Origin: Terriglobales bacterium
Lineage (GTDB): Bacteria > Acidobacteriota > Terriglobia > Terriglobales > SCQP01
Length of the DNA: 64,000 nucleotides
Direction: 5' to 3'
Assembly (NCBI GenBank): GCA_035553115.1
Contig: DATNED010000158.1
Coordinates: 2,579-66,578 of the forward strand
Positions 9,256 to 21,302 of this stretch are shown piece after piece (position 1 is the stretch's first letter; each line of letters starts with the position of its first letter). A program made the translations under genes and the position numbers. Under the pieces are notes generated by a model, which had not been told where the DNA came from, did no database searches, and saw only the letters and a list, made by a program, of their open reading frames with translations.

Positions 9256-10371
9256 ATGGCCGGAATCCCCGCATTTTCCCTGCAAAAGCAGCGCCAGCGC
9301 ATCGCTCCGGAAATCGAGGCCGCGGTGGCGCGCGTGCTGGCCTCGGGCCGCTACGCCCAGGGGCCCGAGTGCGAGGCCTTCGAAGCGGAAATCGCCGCCG
9401 TCTTGGGCGGAGGCGTGCGCGCGCTGACCTGCGCCTCCGGAACCGACGCGCTGCACTTGTCGCTGCGTGCCGTCGGGGTCGGCGCGGGGGATGTGGTCCT
9501 GACATCGCCGTTCACGTTTTTTGCCACTGCGGGTGCGATCCTGCTGGCGGGAGCGCGGCCGGAGTTCGTGGACATTGACGCTGAGAGTTTCAATCTGTCG
9601 CCTGCGGCGCTGGACGCCGCGCTTCAGCGTCCGCGCGCGGGGCGGCTGGCGGCCGTGATGCCGGTCCATCTGTACGGACGCGTTGCCGAAATGAAGGCTA
9701 TCGGCCGGCTCGCGGCTGCGGCTGGCGTTCCAGTGGTCGAGGACGCGGCCCAGGCCATCGGCGCGCACGACAACGGAACCCCCGCGGGCGCATTCGGAGC
9801 GGCGGCGGCCTTCAGCTTTTATCCGACCAAGAACTTGGGCGCCATGGGAGAAGGCGGCCTGGTGACCTGCAGGGAGGAAGCCGTCCTCGACCGCCTGAAG
9901 CTGCTGCGTGGGCACGGCAGCCGCCGCCGCTACGAGCACGAGACCTTCGGGTGGAATGCCCGCATGCATGAGCTTCAGGCGGCGATTCTGCGCGCCAAGC
10001 TCCCGCATCTGGCGCAGTGGAACCGCCGCCGCCGCGAGATCGCCGCGGGTTATTCCGAGCGCCTCGCAGGCGTCCGGGGCATCGTGCTGCCGGTGTTGTC
10101 GGCCGGCCAGGTTGTTCACCAGTATGTCGTGCGCGCCTCGAACCGCGACCCGTTGCGCCAGTTTCTCCACCAGCGCGGCATCGGCACCGAGGTGTACTAC
10201 CCGACGCCGCTCCACCGCCAGCCGGCCCTGCGCGACTTTCCCTCGGGCCCGCTGCCTGAAGCCGAGCGCGCCGCGCGCGAGGTGCTGGCGCTGCCCATGT
10301 ACCCGGAGCTGAGCGACGGCGAGCTCGATCAGGTTGCCGAGGCCATTCGCGCCTTCCGGGGGCCGTCATGA
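9256..10371 (+). CDS. DegT/DnrJ/EryC1/StrS family sugar aminotransferase
   Basis: 371 aa. ASGRYAQGPECEAFEAEIA, TSPFTFFATAGAI, and FYPTKNLGAMGEGGLV (PLP lysine) are family motifs. Confidence 0.9.
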   Translation: MAGIPAFSLQKQRQRIAPEIEAAVARVLASGRYAQGPECEAFEAEIAAVLGGGVRALTCASGTDALHLSLRAVGVGAGDVVLTSPFTFFATAGAILLAGARPEFVDIDAESFNLSPAALDAALQRPRAGRLAAVMPVHLYGRVAEMKAIGRLAAAAGVPVVEDAAQAIGAHDNGTPAGAFGAAAAFSFYPTKNLGAMGEGGLVTCREEAVLDRLKLLRGHGSRRRYEHETFGWNARMHELQAAILRAKLPHLAQWNRRRREIAAGYSERLAGVRGIVLPVLSAGQVVHQYVVRASNRDPLRQFLHQRGIGTEVYYPTPLHRQPALRDFPSGPLPEAERAAREVLALPMYPELSDGELDQVAEAIRAFRGPS

Positions 10372-11468
10372 TGAATCGCATGATCGTGGCCAATCTGCGC
10401 CGCCGCCCGGTGCGCAGCCTCATCAGCATCGTGGCGGTGTCCATCGAGGTGCTGCTGATCCTGATGATCGTCGGCTTGGTCAACGGCCTGATCAACGACC
10501 ACCGCGCGCGCGTGAGCGGCATCGGCGCCGACATTGTGATCCGCGCCGGGAATGGCGCCATGTTCGCCGAGCTCAGCGGGAATACGATGCCGATCGCGCT
10601 GGCGCGCGTCTTCGCGCAGGTTCCTGGCGTCGAGGCGGTGGCCCCGACGGCCTACGCGGTCGTGAACGGCGTGGAGACCATCGGCGGCGTTGATCCGGCT
10701 ACGTTCCGGGAGGTGAGCGGAGGATTTCACTTCCTCCAGGGCGGGTTGTTCCGGCCCGGCAGCCACGAGGCGATCGTGGACAACATCAAAGCCGATGCCG
10801 GACATCTCCACGTCGGGCAATCCATCACCTTGTTCGCCCAGCAGTTCCGTGTCACCGGCATCTTTGCGAGCGGTGTCGGTTCGCGCACGTTCCTGGACTT
10901 GCCGGTGCTGGACCACTTCACCGCCACACCCGGCAAGGTGGCGGTGTTCTACGTCAAGACCAAGCCGGGCGTGCCGCAGGACCAGGTGGTGGCTGCGCTG
11001 AAAAAGCTGGCGCCCGCGCAGGCGGTGCAGTCCATCGCCGATTACCTCAGCTTGATCACGCCCGAGGACGTCTCGCCGGCCTTGCCGATCTTTCAGAAGG
11101 TGATGGTGGGGGTGGCGATTGCGATCGGGTTCTTGGTGATTTTCCTTTCCCTGTACACCACCGTGCTGGAGCGCACGCGGGAGATCGGCATTCTCAAAGC
11201 GCTGGGGGCTTCGCGCGGCTATATTATCCGCGTGATTCAGCGCGAGAGCCTCCTGCTGGCAGTGCTGGGCGTGATCGTGGGCACGGTGGCGGCGTGGGCG
11301 CTCTGGCATCTGCTCAGCCACTGGTTCCCCACCCTGACCATCGAGTTCACTTGGGAATGGATCGGCCTCGCTGCGGCCATTGCGCTATTTTCGAGCGCAG
11401 TGGGGGCGCTGTATCCGGCCTTCAAGGCGGCGAGTCAGGATGCGATTGCGGCGCTGGCGTACGAATAG
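10368..11468 (+). CDS. ABC transporter permease, FtsX/MacB-type (no adjacent ATPase)
   Basis: 366 aa. N-terminal IVANLRRRPVRSLISIVAVSIEVLLIL TM, a large periplasmic segment, and C-terminal ERTREIGILKALGASRGYI plus three TMs. ATGA overlap with the DegT gene. Confidence 0.8.
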   Translation: MMNRMIVANLRRRPVRSLISIVAVSIEVLLILMIVGLVNGLINDHRARVSGIGADIVIRAGNGAMFAELSGNTMPIALARVFAQVPGVEAVAPTAYAVVNGVETIGGVDPATFREVSGGFHFLQGGLFRPGSHEAIVDNIKADAGHLHVGQSITLFAQQFRVTGIFASGVGSRTFLDLPVLDHFTATPGKVAVFYVKTKPGVPQDQVVAALKKLAPAQAVQSIADYLSLITPEDVSPALPIFQKVMVGVAIAIGFLVIFLSLYTTVLERTREIGILKALGASRGYIIRVIQRESLLLAVLGVIVGTVAAWALWHLLSHWFPTLTIEFTWEWIGLAAAIALFSSAVGALYPAFKAASQDAIAALAYE

Positions 11469-11479
11469 AAAAAGGGGAA

Positions 11480-12814
11480 ATGAAGAAATTTTTCGGAACC
11501 GATGGGATTCGCGGCGTGGCGGGCGAAGACCCGCTCGACCGTGCCACCGTGTACGCCGTGGGTTTGGCCTTGGGCGATGATTTGGGCGCCGGAGCCCGCG
11601 TGGTCCTGGGCGAAGATACGCGCGAGAGCAGCAGTTGGATTGCCGCGATGCTGGTCGCCGGCTTGCGCCAGCGCCACATCGAGGTCGCCCATGCCGGCGT
11701 GCTGCCCACTCCGGCGGTGGCGCATCTGGCCCGGAGTGACGGATTTGCCGCCGGGGTGATGATCTCGGCCTCGCACAATCCCTACCAGGACAATGGCATC
11801 AAGATTTTCGGGGGCAGCGGCTACAAGCTTCCGGACGACGAAGAGGCGGCCATCGAGCGCGCCATCCTCGGATATCGTGAGCGCCCGCCCGCGCAAGCAT
11901 CGGCGCCCCAGCTTGAGCATGATGCGACGCTGCGCGAACATTACGTGGCCGCGTTGGCGCAGCGCTTTGCCGCGACGGACTTTTCGCGCCTGAAGTTGGT
12001 GGTGGATTGCGCCCATGGCGCGGCCTCGGCGGTGGCGGCGGAGGTGTTCCTTCGTCTCGGCGTTCAGGCCAAGATCACTGCGGATCGTCCCGACGGCCGC
12101 AACATCAACGCCGGCGTGGGCGCGCTGCATCCGGCGGCGCTGGGCGAAGCGGTGCGCAAGATGGGTGCCGACGCCGGAGTCGCGCTCGATGGCGATGCCG
12201 ACCGCGCCATCTTGGTGGATGCCCAGGGCGAAGTGGTCAACGGCGACTGCGTGCTGCTGATGATGGCGCGCGAGCTGGCCGCAACCGCGCACCTCAAGCC
12301 CGCGGTGGTGGTGGGGACGGTAATGACCAACCTGGGCTTGGAGCACGCGCTGGCGGCCGAAGGCATCGAGCTGGTGCGGGCGGCGGTGGGCGACAAGTAC
12401 GTGCTCGAGGCGATGAGCGAGCGCGGCGCGCGCCTCGGGGGCGAGCCCAGCGGCCACATCATCTTCTTGGATGAAGCCACCACCGGCGACGGGCTGTTGA
12501 CGGCGTTGCACGCCTTCGATCTGATGGCGCGGCGCGGGAAATCGCTGCGGGCCCTATGCGAGGGCTGGCGCGAAATGCCGCAGCTGATCGTGAACGTGCG
12601 CGTGGCGCGGAAGAGCCCCTTGGAAGAGCTGGATGCGGTGCAGGCGGCAATTCGCGAGGCCGAGGCGCACTTCGCCGGCTCCGGACGGGTGTTGGTGCGC
12701 TATTCCGGCACCGAGAAGCTGGCGCGGGTGATGGTCGAGGCGGCTTCGGCAAGCGCGGTCGAGCGGCACGCGAACGCCATTGCCGCCGCCCTTCGGCAAT
12801 CCTTGGGCGAGTAG
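11480..12814 (+). CDS. glmM: Phosphoglucosamine mutase GlmM
   Basis: Starts MKKFFGTDGIRGVAG with AAAGGGG upstream. Phosphoserine loop ISASHNPYQDNGIKIF is present. 444 aa. Confidence 0.95.
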   Translation: MKKFFGTDGIRGVAGEDPLDRATVYAVGLALGDDLGAGARVVLGEDTRESSSWIAAMLVAGLRQRHIEVAHAGVLPTPAVAHLARSDGFAAGVMISASHNPYQDNGIKIFGGSGYKLPDDEEAAIERAILGYRERPPAQASAPQLEHDATLREHYVAALAQRFAATDFSRLKLVVDCAHGAASAVAAEVFLRLGVQAKITADRPDGRNINAGVGALHPAALGEAVRKMGADAGVALDGDADRAILVDAQGEVVNGDCVLLMMARELAATAHLKPAVVVGTVMTNLGLEHALAAEGIELVRAAVGDKYVLEAMSERGARLGGEPSGHIIFLDEATTGDGLLTALHAFDLMARRGKSLRALCEGWREMPQLIVNVRVARKSPLEELDAVQAAIREAEAHFAGSGRVLVRYSGTEKLARVMVEAASASAVERHANAIAAALRQSLGE

Positions 12815-12821
12815 GGTTTTC

Positions 12822-13037
12822 TTACTGGGCGGCGGTGGTGCGGCCGTATTTGCGCTGGAAGCGCTCGACCCGGCCGGCGGTGTCCACCAGCTTCTGTTTG
12901 CCGGTGTAGAAGGGGTGGCACTGGGAGCAGATTTCCACGTGGATGTCGCCCTTGTGGGTCGAGCGGGTCGGAAAGCTGTGCCCGCAGGCGCATACCACCT
13001 TGATGGGGTTGTAGGCGGGATGGATCGTCGGCTTCAT
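12822..13037 (-). CDS. rpmE: 50S ribosomal protein L31 (Zn-ribbon type)
   Basis: [22 protein letters not shown]...[31 protein letters not shown] prefer the ATG at 13037 (AGGTGA SD 7 nt upstream) over the TTG at 13043 used by the track. Confidence 0.9.
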   Translation of the reverse strand: MKPTIHPAYNPIKVVCACGHSFPTRSTHKGDIHVEICSQCHPFYTGKQKLVDTAGRVERFQRKYGRTTAAQ

Positions 13038-13060
13038 GGTCAAATCACCTGGAAACCTCG

Positions 13061-13066
13061 ATTATA
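13061..13066 (-). promoter_or_regulatory. Perfect TATAAT -10 box upstream of rpmE
   Basis: Minus strand reads TATAAT, then 23 nt containing AGGTGA, then the rpmE ATG. It overlaps the stop codon of the M48 gene. No convincing -35. Confidence 0.35.
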
Positions 13067-15800
13067 GCCCAATTTGGAGGATGTAGGCCGTCTGGTCGAG
13101 GGTGACCACCAGCAGCCGCTGTCCATCGGCGCTGGCTTGCGCATACACCACGTTCTCGGGGAACTCGAAGCGCTGGCGCGGTTCATTCGCGCCTGCAGCC
13201 ACGATCGCCAGCTCGCGCGGGCCGGTGTGCAGGACTATGGCATGGATGGACGGAATTCGCTCCAGGGCGTTGCCGAACCAGGTTTGGCGCAGCTTGCCCG
13301 TCGCCAGCTCGTAGGCCAGGGTGCGTCCGTATCCGTCGTTGAGGTAAAGCAAGCCGTCCAACTCGACCGCATTGGCCAGCGCCAACGAGGGCGCCGCGTC
13401 GAGCAGCATCGAGCGCTGCAGGTTGCCGCTTTGCAGCTCTTCCAGATCGAACCAAACGGCCGTGTGGGTATCCTTCACGGCCGCCGCCGCCGCGCGCCAT
13501 GCCGGATCCGCAGCCGCTTCCTTGCGCGCGGCCTCGGCAGCAAACGGGTACGCCAGCAGCAGACCCTGGCCGCTGGGCAGAACCTGCTCCGCGGGAATGC
13601 CGCTCTTAGTCTCGAACTGCTTGGTCCACAACGATTTGCCGCTGGCCGTATCGCGCGCCTCCAGCACCCAGCGAGTGCGCGGGGATTTGCCCCCTGGGTT
13701 CGTAACCAAGGTCACCCAACCATCCAAAACGTCGAACTCGCCCTTGGGCGGCGCAGGCAGGGCGCGCTTGCTGCCATGGAGCAAATCGAATTCTTCAATC
13801 GCCCCCATCCCGCCCTCTGCCATCCACACCGGGCTTGGCTTGCGCGGTGGGTTGAACTGCATCCACACGTTGGTGCCGTCGAACCAGGCCCGGCGAAAGC
13901 CCTCAATCGGGGAGAGCTGGCGCTGAGCGAGCAAGTCCCACACTGCGCCCCTGCGCTCCTCCGATATCGCCAGTAGCCTCAGGTCGGGCGACGCTTGTCC
14001 TTCGTTCAGCCCGATCAGGCGGGCGGTGGGAAGCGCCAGACGGGCAATCTGATCGGGCTTGGCGCCGCTGTAACGCTCCAGGTTGATCGAACCATCCTTG
14101 CCCTCGTTCACCAAGAGATCGCCGTAGCCGTCGAAAGCCTCCGAGCCGCTCTCCACCACTGCCTTGCGCGTGACCGGGTCCACCATGCCCGCCGGGCTCA
14201 GCTTCATTGGGCGGACGATCACGTCGCCCCCCTGGGTTTCGGGCACGATGTCGTCGTCCGCGAGTCGGTACCGAGTGTGCTCCTTGCCGGAGGGGAACGA
14301 GACCTGATGCCATTCGATGCCGCGCGGGTCGTCGCTCCCCAGCGCAAGCGAGGGCGAAATGAAGGAGAAATGCCGGTTCAGGTACCCGTTCATGCAACTG
14401 CCGAGCTCAAGCTGCTTGCCCGAGTCGAGGTCGACAGCGAAGCCATGGTCGCGGTCCGCAACCACCAGATAGCGCGCGTCCGGGCTGAACTTGAGCCGTT
14501 CGAGCGGCGCGTCGGCTTTGTGCTCGAAACGGACCGCGCCGGTAGCGACTTCGAACAGCTGAAAGCGGCCGTCCCCACGCTCGCAGGCGAGCGATGCGCC
14601 ATCGGGCGAGGGCAGGGCCACCGCGCACCCCGGCAGCGCGGGCACCACTTGGCGCAGCAGCGTGCGGCTCTTGCTCGCCAGTGCCCAGCGCTCGACCCGG
14701 CCGTCGCTGGTGCTGAACACGATCGCGCTGGAGTCGGGTGTGAACTCCCCATTGACGGCGGTCGGCTCCTCGACATGCAGCTCCAGCGCCAGCGGCTGGA
14801 CGCTCAGCACCCACAACCCAGCGGCGTTGCGGCCCAGGATGTGCTTGCCATCCGGGCTGAATTTCAGCTCGCGGAACACATCGTGCAGCGGATCGAGTTT
14901 CTGGGTGCTGATCAGCCCGGGGAGCGAAGTCGGGCCCGGCGGCGCCTGGTAGCCCACCAGCCGCTGCTGCCAGGTTTGAAATTCCGTGTCGCCGAGCAGC
15001 GGCGTCGCGGCCGCGGCGGCGCACCCAGCCGCGGCGCTGGATTGCACCATCGCGCGCAGCCGCTTGGCGTCGGGGTTGGTGGTGCCGAAAAAATTGCTGA
15101 ACCAATTGCCCGTGTCGCCGTGGGTTCCGATCAGGCGGTCGAATCCGTCGGGAAGGCCGTGCGGATCGTAGCCCGCGAGCCGCAACAGTTCGATCGCCAC
15201 GCTGTCGGCGCTCGATTGGCGTTCATCCTCTTGATTCCGGACTTTCGAGTCGTGGCGCTCGCGCCAAGTGATCCAGCGCTGGTAGTTGTCGGCGAATGCG
15301 TTTTGGTTGGCGCCGAAATCGCTGAGACCCAGGTCGCCGCGAAGATAGGCGGCAAATGAGCGCTCATCGTCTTCGGTGTAGATGTGTCCCACTTCGTGGG
15401 CAAGCACGCCGGCCAATTCGTCCTCGTTGCGCAACAGGCTGATCAGGGGGCGCGTGATGAGCACGTGCCCGCCCGGCAGCGTCAGCGCGTTGGGCACGCC
15501 CGCGGTGATGATTTCCACCTCTACCGGGGGCGTGCCCGCCGGCAGGTGCGCCTGCAGCCGCGCCGCCACCTGTTGCACCTCGCCGGCCAAGCTTGGGTCC
15601 GCGATGGGATTCCAACTGCCGCCGGCCTCGGCCACCTCCAACTGGTACAGCCAGCCCGCCTGTTGCGGGCTCAGCGTCGCCTCGCCCGCGGGCGCGGCAT
15701 ACGGCGCGAGCGGAGCGCAGGGCGCCTGCGCAACGCTGTTCGCGCCAGCGCTGAAACCTGCCGAAATCGCAATAAGCACGCCGACCAATAACCTGCGCAC
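13062..15800 (-). CDS. Secreted M48-like zinc metalloprotease fused to a long beta-propeller/WD40-like region
   Basis: 912 aa with GTG start and signal peptide MRRLLVGVLIAISAGFSAGANSVAQA. HExxH in VLAHEVGHIYTEDD. Repeated KFSPDGKHILG / KFSPDARYLVVAD-type blades follow. Confidence 0.75.
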   Translation of the reverse strand: MRRLLVGVLIAISAGFSAGANSVAQAPCAPLAPYAAPAGEATLSPQQAGWLYQLEVAEAGGSWNPIADPSLAGEVQQVAARLQAHLPAGTPPVEVEIITAGVPNALTLPGGHVLITRPLISLLRNEDELAGVLAHEVGHIYTEDDERSFAAYLRGDLGLSDFGANQNAFADNYQRWITWRERHDSKVRNQEDERQSSADSVAIELLRLAGYDPHGLPDGFDRLIGTHGDTGNWFSNFFGTTNPDAKRLRAMVQSSAAAGCAAAAATPLLGDTEFQTWQQRLVGYQAPPGPTSLPGLISTQKLDPLHDVFRELKFSPDGKHILGRNAAGLWVLSVQPLALELHVEEPTAVNGEFTPDSSAIVFSTSDGRVERWALASKSRTLLRQVVPALPGCAVALPSPDGASLACERGDGRFQLFEVATGAVRFEHKADAPLERLKFSPDARYLVVADRDHGFAVDLDSGKQLELGSCMNGYLNRHFSFISPSLALGSDDPRGIEWHQVSFPSGKEHTRYRLADDDIVPETQGGDVIVRPMKLSPAGMVDPVTRKAVVESGSEAFDGYGDLLVNEGKDGSINLERYSGAKPDQIARLALPTARLIGLNEGQASPDLRLLAISEERRGAVWDLLAQRQLSPIEGFRRAWFDGTNVWMQFNPPRKPSPVWMAEGGMGAIEEFDLLHGSKRALPAPPKGEFDVLDGWVTLVTNPGGKSPRTRWVLEARDTASGKSLWTKQFETKSGIPAEQVLPSGQGLLLAYPFAAEAARKEAAADPAWRAAAAAVKDTHTAVWFDLEELQSGNLQRSMLLDAAPSLALANAVELDGLLYLNDGYGRTLAYELATGKLRQTWFGNALERIPSIHAIVLHTGPRELAIVAAGANEPRQRFEFPENVVYAQASADGQRLLVVTLDQTAYILQIGL

Positions 15801-15807
15801 GTGTCAA

Positions 15808-15837
15808 ATTCTATCCAACCTCCGCGCGCCCGGGCAA
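15808..15837 (-). promoter_or_regulatory. Candidate promoter of the M48 protease gene (TTGCCC-N18-TAGAAT), -10 ends 7 nt before GTG
   Basis: Minus strand has TTGCCC (15837-15832), an 18-nt spacer, TAGAAT (15813-15808), then 7 nt to GTG 15800. No SD in between. Confidence 0.35.
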
Positions 15838-15882
15838 TCTTCCATTTTGGGAAAAATTTTGGCCCATCCCCCAATCAGGGGA

Positions 15883-15911
15883 TTGTCCACCCCAGTGCAG
15901 CCCACTAATCT
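15883..15911 (+). promoter_or_regulatory. Candidate promoter of the S1 protease gene (TTGTCC-N17-TAATCT), -10 ends 6 nt before GTG
   Basis: TTGTCC 15883-15888, a 17-nt spacer, TAATCT 15906-15911, then GTG at 15918. Confidence 0.35.
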
Positions 15912-15917
15912 GCCCGT

Positions 15918-16613
15918 GTGCAGGCGCGCGCTTTCGGCCAACGTGGACTGCGGTTTTTGTTTCTCGCTTTCGGTGTGCTCCTTGGCGCGCTCGCATCGAG
16001 TTTTCGCAGCCAACCCCGACCGCACAAAGTGCAGGCCGCCGCAGTCAGCCGCGCTGAATTGCCGGAGCTGGTACGCTTGCGCAGTCCCGACGTATTCACC
16101 ATTCGCGCCCTTGGCGGCGATGCGGAAACTCGCGATCTCGGCAGCGCGGTGCGCTTGGCGCAGGGACTCCTCGTGACCAGTTGGCATGTGGTGCGGGACG
16201 CGAGAACCATTCAGGTTCAAGATGGCGTCCGCTGGGTGCCGGCTGCGGTTGCAGCGTCTCAGGCCGGGGAAGATCTCTGCCTGCTCCGGGTCACGCTTTC
16301 CACCCAGTTTGCGGGCCGTATGCCCATTGCTGGTTTCCAACCCGGCAGCGTAGTCCTGGCGGTCAGCTCAGCCGAAGGCCTGCCTTCGATCGTCTCGCAG
16401 GGTATTGTTTCCGGGATTCGAGAGGTGCTCGGCCGGCAGTTGCTGGTATTTAGCGCGCCAATCTCGGAGGGCAGCAGCGGAGGCGGCGTATTCGACTCCA
16501 GCGGGGCGCTGGTTGGCATCATCTATGGAGAGATCACCACCGGCAACGGCCTCAGCTTAGCGGTTCCTTCGGATCACGTCCGCGCACTGTGGTTAGGCGC
16601 AGCCGCTCATTGA
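15918..16613 (+). CDS. Trypsin-like (S1/S1C) serine protease, secreted
   Basis: 231 aa with GTG start and an N-terminal hydrophobic segment. Candidate triad context: LLVTSWHVV (His), GEDLCLLRV (Asp), ISEGSSGGGVFD (Ser). Confidence 0.7.
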   Translation: MQARAFGQRGLRFLFLAFGVLLGALASSFRSQPRPHKVQAAAVSRAELPELVRLRSPDVFTIRALGGDAETRDLGSAVRLAQGLLVTSWHVVRDARTIQVQDGVRWVPAAVAASQAGEDLCLLRVTLSTQFAGRMPIAGFQPGSVVLAVSSAEGLPSIVSQGIVSGIREVLGRQLLVFSAPISEGSSGGGVFDSSGALVGIIYGEITTGNGLSLAVPSDHVRALWLGAAAH

Positions 16614-17185
16614 GAGCCTGCGGCCTTTTTCACTTCTGCGGGTGGTGCATCCCGCAGCAATTGCTTGATGCAAGCGTCCACCGCTGCGGCCGCTGCGCCT
16701 TCGTACTTCCCGCCGCCGCTCTCCTTGGTTGCGGACCACACCACGTCGCCATCTGGCGAGACCAGCCGCACCGAGACGGATGCGTGCTCCACCGTTTCCG
16801 TGTCCAACGAGCTGTCGCTCGCGCCCATCCCCATGCCTGCGATCGCGGCAGCGGCATGGTCGCCATTGGCCGCAGCCGCCCCCGCGACCTTTCCGGCGGA
16901 GGTGCCCTCGCCGACGGCATGCACCTCCTGGGAAGTGCGAACGATAGCCGAGCCCTTGAGCACCGCGTCCGCCTTATCCCTGATCTCGGTTACCACGAAG
17001 CGTTTGCTGGCGACCAACGCCGACACAAGCATGTTCTGCGCCTGCTGCGATGCGGCATCTGGGGCGAACGCCTCAACGTAGATGCGACGAACGCTTGCCA
17101 GCCGCGCCTGGGTTCCCGTTTGTGCCTGTGCGAGCGCGAGGATGGCCGCCGCCGTCAGCGCAACGGCCGGCAGCCTCGCCCTCAC
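16607..17185 (-). CDS. Secreted hypothetical protein (192 aa)
   Basis: Signal peptide MRARLPAVALTAAAILALAQAQ. GTG start forms a GTGA overlap with the upstream gene's stop. No family recognised. Confidence 0.55.
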   Translation of the reverse strand: MRARLPAVALTAAAILALAQAQTGTQARLASVRRIYVEAFAPDAASQQAQNMLVSALVASKRFVVTEIRDKADAVLKGSAIVRTSQEVHAVGEGTSAGKVAGAAAANGDHAAAAIAGMGMGASDSSLDTETVEHASVSVRLVSPDGDVVWSATKESGGGKYEGAAAAAVDACIKQLLRDAPPAEVKKAAGSQ

Positions 17186-17649
17186 AGCGCGCCCCCCATC
17201 CCCGACTTCCGAGCCTCGTCGTCCTGGTAGTCAATCTTCCTTCCCGTACGGGCCTCAAGCGTCGCCAGCGTCACCCGAACGATATTCTTTCCCAGTTCGA
17301 ACACGGCAACGTGCTGCTGACCTTTGTCGTCCTTCCAGCCGATGGTGAGGAAATGCTTTCGCTTCTTAGAAAACAGCGCGAATGGAGTGACCGCGATTGC
17401 AAGCCCCACCCGACGGCCCGCTTTCTGTCCGTACTCCAGATCGTCAACCTGGTCGTACGGAATGCTCAGGTCGTCCTTATCGGCGACGAAATCGCACTTG
17501 TCCGCATTCTTGGTTGAGAACGTCCCTTCGGCGTTGTCCTTGACCTGGGATTCTGTGCCGCCGGCGTAGCGCGCCTTGTCGCCGCCCACCGCCCAAGCCG
17601 CCGCGGCCAGAAGTAGGCTAAGGATAAAACCACGAGTAAACCTGCCCAT
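17182..17649 (-). CDS. Secreted hypothetical protein (155 aa)
   Basis: Signal peptide MGRFTRGFILSLLLAAAAWAVG. Coupled to the downstream 192-aa gene. No family recognised. Confidence 0.55.
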   Translation of the reverse strand: MGRFTRGFILSLLLAAAAWAVGGDKARYAGGTESQVKDNAEGTFSTKNADKCDFVADKDDLSIPYDQVDDLEYGQKAGRRVGLAIAVTPFALFSKKRKHFLTIGWKDDKGQQHVAVFELGKNIVRVTLATLEARTGRKIDYQDDEARKSGMGGAL

Positions 17650-17736
17650 GAGTGACCTCCGCGGTGCTTACTGTACCTCACATCGGCATGAAATGACTAG
17701 TCAATGAGAGGAAGCCGTGCAAAACATAGTATTTCC

Positions 17737-18117
17737 CTAGAACCCCGAGGATTTCACCCGCCGTTTCCGCCAGGACCGAAACCACGCATGCGCACCTCCC
17801 GCCACCGCGCCGATTACCCCGTACAGCAACCCGTTCTCGCCCGTCGTCCACAGCGCCAGCTTGGTCAGATCGTGCGGGCCCAGCCCGGAAGCCGTCATCA
17901 GGCGGATCGAGGACGGCCACAGCCTCAGCCAGACCTGCTCATCAACCCGCCAGTGGGAATAGAGCGAAAGCACCAGCCCGAAGGCCACCAGCACGCCCGC
18001 CATCGCGAACCAGAAACCCCACTGGATCACGGTCACCAGCGCCAGAACCCGGGCCGGGGCCACCGCCTCGACTGCGACGGGCTCGACCATTTTGTATTTG
18101 CGCCGCTTCTTGCGCAT
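17737..18117 (-). CDS. Small integral membrane protein (about 127 aa)
   Basis: I start at MRKKRRKYKM (ATG 18117), 4 nt after the HAD gene stop. Two to three hydrophobic spans are visible (VLALVTVIQWGFWFAMAGVLVAFGLVLSLY, LLYGVIGAVAGGAHAWF). Confidence 0.5.
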   Translation of the reverse strand: MRKKRRKYKMVEPVAVEAVAPARVLALVTVIQWGFWFAMAGVLVAFGLVLSLYSHWRVDEQVWLRLWPSSIRLMTASGLGPHDLTKLALWTTGENGLLYGVIGAVAGGAHAWFRSWRKRRVKSSGF

Positions 18118-18121
18118 CAGG

Positions 18122-21266
<3,145 letters not shown>

Positions 21267-21302
21267 AGGGCGCACCTCCAATGGTATGCTGCACACGAGC
21301 AG

